This document shows positions 47,729 to 50,498 of a stretch of DNA of 50,498 bases, one piece after another (within the stretch, counting starts at the first letter, position 1; each line of letters opens with the position of its first letter). The notes below the pieces were generated by a model. The model did no database searches. It was not told the origin of the DNA and saw nothing but the letters and a program-made list of their open reading frames with translations. The stretch is from Clostridia bacterium (GTDB lineage: Bacteria > Bacillota > Clostridia > Oscillospirales > CAG-272), in contig JAFVYN010000069.1 in NCBI GenBank assembly GCA_017508605.1, positions 1-50,498 of the forward strand. Reading direction: 5' to 3'. The position numbers and the translations under genes are program-made.

Positions 47729-47928
47729 ACTATCACCGTCCTTTGAATAAAGTATCGTACAAATTCAACGTTTTTCAATGAAGCATTCGCTTCGTGAATC
47801 AAGCATGAAGCGAAGCGCACACTAACTTCTCCGCGAGCCGAAGGCTTCTGCTTCAATTTTCATGGGCGTCAGCGTGCTTCATTTCCAAACAAAAAAGATG
47901 CCATCAATACTATAGCATAATTTTGAGC

Positions 47929-48124
47929 GTTTGTAAAGAGTGATGTTGCGACTTCGTCGCAATGATGTAGTGCTAACGCACAGTGATGTATTGCGCCTTC
48001 GTCGCAAAGTGATGTGATGTTTGCCCACTTCGCCGTAAGGCGAAACATCACTCACGCAGTGAACATCACTGCCGAAGGCTACATCACTTGCCCGCAAGGG
48101 CAAACATCGTTCCAAACAAAAAAG
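47929..48124. repeat. Structured repeat element, copy A (heptamer GTGATGT/ACATCAC spacers alternating with mini-hairpins)
   Basis: It lies directly 3' of the SUKH gene. There are four GTGATGT-like heptamers (47940, 47962, 47983, 48009) and four ACATCAC-like heptamers (48045, 48063, 48081, 48104). They are separated by hairpins at 47947-47961, 47970-47981, 47991-48007, 48029-48044, 48052-48062, 48071-48079 and 48089-48102. Confidence 0.85.
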
Positions 48125-48130
48125 ATGCTT

Positions 48131-48670
48131 TTAAAACTTATTCCATTTAGTTCGCAACCATGAAACAAAACGATTCCATCTGACTTGTATTGGAGAATAA
48201 ACGGGAATATCATCATATTTTGCAGGTTCTATTTTTTCACACAAATTCTTAAAAGAATTTGCAAGGAAAATCATATCCTTGAGAGAAATAGTATTTACTT
48301 CTTTCTCATCACAATCCATTATTTCATGGTCGAAAAAATATATTTTACCGTATGTTTTTGTGAAGAGCGACATACAAATTTGATTTCCGCAATCATCTTC
48401 AGCAATAGGGATGCATTTTGAGGGCAACCTGTTTTTGTATATTTCATAGGTCGACTCCATATCAGGATAGCTTCGGGTACTTATTCCATAGAAATAGCGT
48501 ATGTTTATTTCTCTATTTGGAAATTTTACAATGTTCGAATCAAGTTCAGCATTGTTATGCAACAATAAATAATCAATAAATTCATCGGGGAATATTGCAC
48601 CTATTTTTTTACAAAACACATCGTATTTTAAATGATCAAATGGCTCTTTGTTAGGAGATGTGCCGACCAT
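48131..48670 (-). CDS. SMI1/KNR4 (SUKH-1) family immunity protein, orphan
   Basis: It is AT-rich (about 32% GC in a sampled line). The motifs IGAIFPDEFIDYLLLHNNAEL and IPIAEDDCGNQICMSL...GKIYFFDHE are typical of SUKH-1. Confidence 0.75.
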   Translation of the reverse strand: MVGTSPNKEPFDHLKYDVFCKKIGAIFPDEFIDYLLLHNNAELDSNIVKFPNREINIRYFYGISTRSYPDMESTYEIYKNRLPSKCIPIAEDDCGNQICMSLFTKTYGKIYFFDHEIMDCDEKEVNTISLKDMIFLANSFKNLCEKIEPAKYDDIPVYSPIQVRWNRFVSWLRTKWNKF

Positions 48671-48713
48671 ATTTCCACCGCCTTTCTGGTTTTTTTATAT
48701 CGCATTTTGGGCT

Positions 48714-48908
48714 GTTTGTAAAGAGTGATGTTGCGACTTCGTCGCAATGATGTAGTGCTAACGCACAGTGATGTATTGCACCTGCGGTGCAAAGTGATGT
48801 GATGTGTTCCTTACTCACGCGCGAAGCGCACATCACTTCCGAAGGAAACATCACGCACGAAGTGCGCATCACGTTCCGCGCAAGCGGAACACATCGTTCC
48901 AAACAAAA
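48714..48908. repeat. Structured repeat element, copy B
   Basis: Its first 66 bp (48714-48779) are identical to 47929-47994. The remainder keeps the same architecture with different stem sequences. Hairpins lie at 48776-48792, 48819-48829, 48837-48847, 48855-48865 and 48873-48890. Confidence 0.85.
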
Positions 48909-48934
48909 GAGCACTGCTCTCGCAGTGCTCTTTT
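48905..48934. terminator. Bidirectional intrinsic terminator downstream of the UDG-like gene
   Basis: AAAAGAGCACTG ctctcg CAGTGCTCTTTT forms a perfect 12-bp stem that includes the A/T runs. Confidence 0.75.
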
Positions 48935-49077
48935 GTTTGAGATGTGTTGACAAAAAAGATGCCACCTTGAAAACGGCATAAACCCTTATATTTCAAGGAT
49001 ATTTGGCACTTTTTGAAAAGTTTTTCAAATCTTTTTCAAATCTTTTTTGAGTTTGGTGGGATATTCGTGAAAAATAA

Positions 49078-49129
49078 AGATTTGACAAAAAAGATGCCGG
49101 TTGACAACTAAGATTTGACAAAAAAGATG
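49078..49129. repeat. 19-bp direct repeat AGATTTGACAAAAAAGATG, two copies
   Basis: The copies lie at 49078-49096 and 49111-49129. Both contain the 14-mer that recurs five times in the 47.9-49.1 kb region. Confidence 0.8.
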
Positions 49130-49182
49130 TCGTGATGGGGTTAGCGTAGAAATGAGTTCTGCGCTTAAATTCAATTAGTTGG

Positions 49183-49869
49183 TTACTTCATAACTTTTCT
49201 TATTTCCGTAATTACTTTTTCTTCGTATTCTCGTGGTTGGCGGTTTGGATGCCATGTAAATATATAAAATATTCCATCTTCCTCAATTACATATACATCT
49301 TTTTTTGCAATTCTCTTCGCATTTCCATATAACTTGTCATATATTGATGGTAACTCTGCACGCAAAGAAACACCGTACCAACCGAAAAACACCACTATAT
49401 TCGGACGAGCAATTTTAATTTCCTCATACAATACTTTAGTTTCTGTGGAATGTAATGCTTTTCTATCGCTAACGGATAATTTATATTTTAAGCCGCCATT
49501 CCATTGTAGACTATGAATTTTGTCAATGTTATTCCAAATGAAAGATGTGTTCGGTGATTTTATTTTTCTTATACGTCTCCAAAAAGGACTTTTATTGTAA
49601 TCTGGATCTTCTTTATTTCCATTTAACTGTGTATTTAAATAATAAAGTATCCATCCTTGGATTTTTTGCATCGTCCATTTTTGCCTTTTCCCACAGCCGT
49701 TTTCCCCATACCCCTCTTCTCCAACTATCATAATCCTGTTGTCTGACTGATTCCAATCTTTTGGAATCGCCATGTAATAAGGATTTGAGTATTTGTCATC
49801 AGAAAAGTGAGGAGCTATTTCAGATAGTTCTTCATACCATTGCAAATAAAGTTTCGTTAACTCATCCAT
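49183..49869 (-). CDS. Hypothetical protein with a uracil-DNA-glycosylase-superfamily-like motif pattern (228 aa)
   Basis: It is AT-rich. The ordered motifs resemble family-4-type UDGs. IMIVGEEGYG compares with GEAPG, and FIWNNIDK with the N-x-x-K/C strand. ARPNIVVFFG compares with the P-x-x-I-x-x-L-G strand, and FTWHPN with HPS/HPA. The fold assignment rests on pattern recall only. Confidence 0.45.
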   Translation of the reverse strand: MDELTKLYLQWYEELSEIAPHFSDDKYSNPYYMAIPKDWNQSDNRIMIVGEEGYGENGCGKRQKWTMQKIQGWILYYLNTQLNGNKEDPDYNKSPFWRRIRKIKSPNTSFIWNNIDKIHSLQWNGGLKYKLSVSDRKALHSTETKVLYEEIKIARPNIVVFFGWYGVSLRAELPSIYDKLYGNAKRIAKKDVYVIEEDGIFYIFTWHPNRQPREYEEKVITEIRKVMK

Positions 49870-49885
49870 TATCTCTTTCTATTCC

Positions 49886-50038
49886 TTATTCAAACATGTA
49901 TTTCTCCGCCGCGGCGGTAAGTTCATCTCTAATCTCCTCGACGAGCGAGGGTGGCGAGGTTACAGTAACGTGGTGGCCATACTGCATCGCCCAATATTTC
50001 ATGGCATGGTAGTTGACTCGAACAGATGCGGTGATTTT
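49886..50038 (-). pseudogene. C-terminal remnant (50 codons) of a WYL/YafY-family transcriptional regulator
   Basis: The frame between TAA 50041..50039 and TAA 49888..49886 reads KITASVRVNYHAMKYWAMQYGHHVTVTSPPSLVEEIRDELTAAAEKYMFE. This matches the C-terminal (WCX) pattern W-x-L-x-x-G-x-x-V-x-V-L-x-P-x-x-L-x-x-x-I-x-x-E-L. No N-terminal part is present. Confidence 0.5.
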
Positions 50039-50251
50039 TTATCGGTCATATACATTACCTCTATTTCAGTTTACCACAGGACTCTCTTTCTGTCAATATT
50101 ATACCTCCCGGCCGTGTGACTTTTTTGGTACACACCATGTTGTATAATGAATTTGCGAAACAAGTTTCGACACAACACTGACGTAGTGTAGCCGCATTTT
50201 GTTCACATTTGTTTGATATGATATGCGTCCACGCAAAAAGGAGGGGATAAA

Positions 50252-50498
50252 ATGAAAAGAATTTACGACGAATACGATCAATACGTCATCGTTGAAGAAA
50301 ACGAAAAATTTGGTATTGAGGACAAGAGCGGACATTTGTTGTTGCCGCTTGAATATGACCGTATGATCATAGCACCCGGAATACGTGACGTCATCGGCTT
50401 TATCCTTTGTAAGAACGGAAAGTTTGGATACGTGGAGTTTGGCAAGAGAGAGTATCTTGAAGAATATGAGAACGGTGTTGTGTTGGGTGATCCAAACG
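50252..50498 (+). CDS. WG/KWG-repeat-like protein, 5' part (runs off the window end)
   Basis: ATG 50252 follows an AAGGAGGGG SD. The translation is MKRIYDEYDQYVIVEENEKFGIEDKSGHLLLPLEYDRMIIAPG...CKNGKFGYVEF. It shows G-K/E-x-G-x-x-D/E...G-x-x-x-x-P-x-x-Y-D periodicity. Confidence 0.55.
   Translation, partial: MKRIYDEYDQYVIVEENEKFGIEDKSGHLLLPLEYDRMIIAPGIRDVIGFILCKNGKFGYVEFGKREYLEEYENGVVLGDPN

Noticed and set aside
47929-48908. CRISPR array or integron attC sites as an explanation for the repeat elements.
   Set aside because: It is not a CRISPR array: the repeated unit is only 7 nt, the intervening segments are hairpins of 9-18 nt, and no cas genes are present. Canonical attC cores (RYYYAAC / GTTRRRY) and an intI gene were not found. 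An attC-like ssDNA role is kept only as a hypothesis, not as a call.
47869-48981. ORFs running through the repeat elements: 47869-48051(-), 47879-48115(-), 48651-48965(-) and 48787-48981(+).
   Set aside because: Their repeated peptide strings (HHC, HITSL, SDV) are simply translations of the GTGATGT/ACATCAC heptamers and hairpins. They have no SD sites and overlap the start of the SUKH gene.
47729-50250. A mobile element or prophage as the source of the AT-rich patch.
   Set aside because: No transposase, integrase, terminal inverted repeats of an IS, or phage structural genes are visible. Only composition and repeats indicate foreign origin.

Overview
This is a 50.5-kb chromosomal window from a GC-rich (about 55% by eye) Firmicute of the spore-forming Clostridia type. 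That placement is inferred from the yabM-mazG-yabO-yabP-yabQ-divIC block, a T-box leader, cdaA-cdaR, and GGAGG-type Shine-Dalgarno (SD) sites. About 45 genes are present, most on the minus strand.

Gene content, left to right:
- A T-box leader drives a gene that runs off the left edge.
- Next come a metallophosphoesterase and an AraC regulator paired with a GH127-like glycosidase.
- proBA follows. Each of its two genes is broken by one in-frame TAA.
- The conserved sporulation and division block comes next.
- A long co-directional housekeeping run follows: mtaD, a kinase, hemZ, dtd, relA, recJ, an FAD protein, cdaR, cdaA and a DUF3137 protein.
- Then tepA, pduL and a YwaF-like membrane protein.
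- Then split transketolase and a GxGYxYP protein.
- A monocistronic 999-aa protein with two TIR-like domains plus Sel1 and TPR-like repeats has its own consensus promoter and terminator.
- Then perR-rubrerythrin, a double BcrA/BadF-type activase fusion with a dehydratase-like partner, degV, and an XRE membrane regulator.
- adhE lacks its 5' end and is followed by a kinase-fold gene.
- A 1081-aa discoidin-domain lipoprotein has its own AraC regulator.

The last ~3 kb (47.7-50.1 kb) is an accessory patch:
- It holds two AT-rich genes: an orphan SMI1/KNR4 (SUKH) immunity protein and a protein with a uracil-DNA-glycosylase-like motif pattern.
- It also holds the C-terminal remnant of a WYL/YafY-type regulator.
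- It carries an unusual family of structured repeats: heptamer GTGATGT/ACATCAC spacers alternating with GAA/TTC-triloop mini-hairpins, with compensatory changes between the two copies.

No rRNA, tRNA, CRISPR array, transposase or integrase was seen. The most interesting items are the structured repeat elements, the stand-alone TIR-Sel1-TPR protein, the AT-rich cassettes, and the gene-decay signals (proB, proA, adhE, the WYL remnant).

All calls come from reading the sequence and recalling family motifs. No database search was run.
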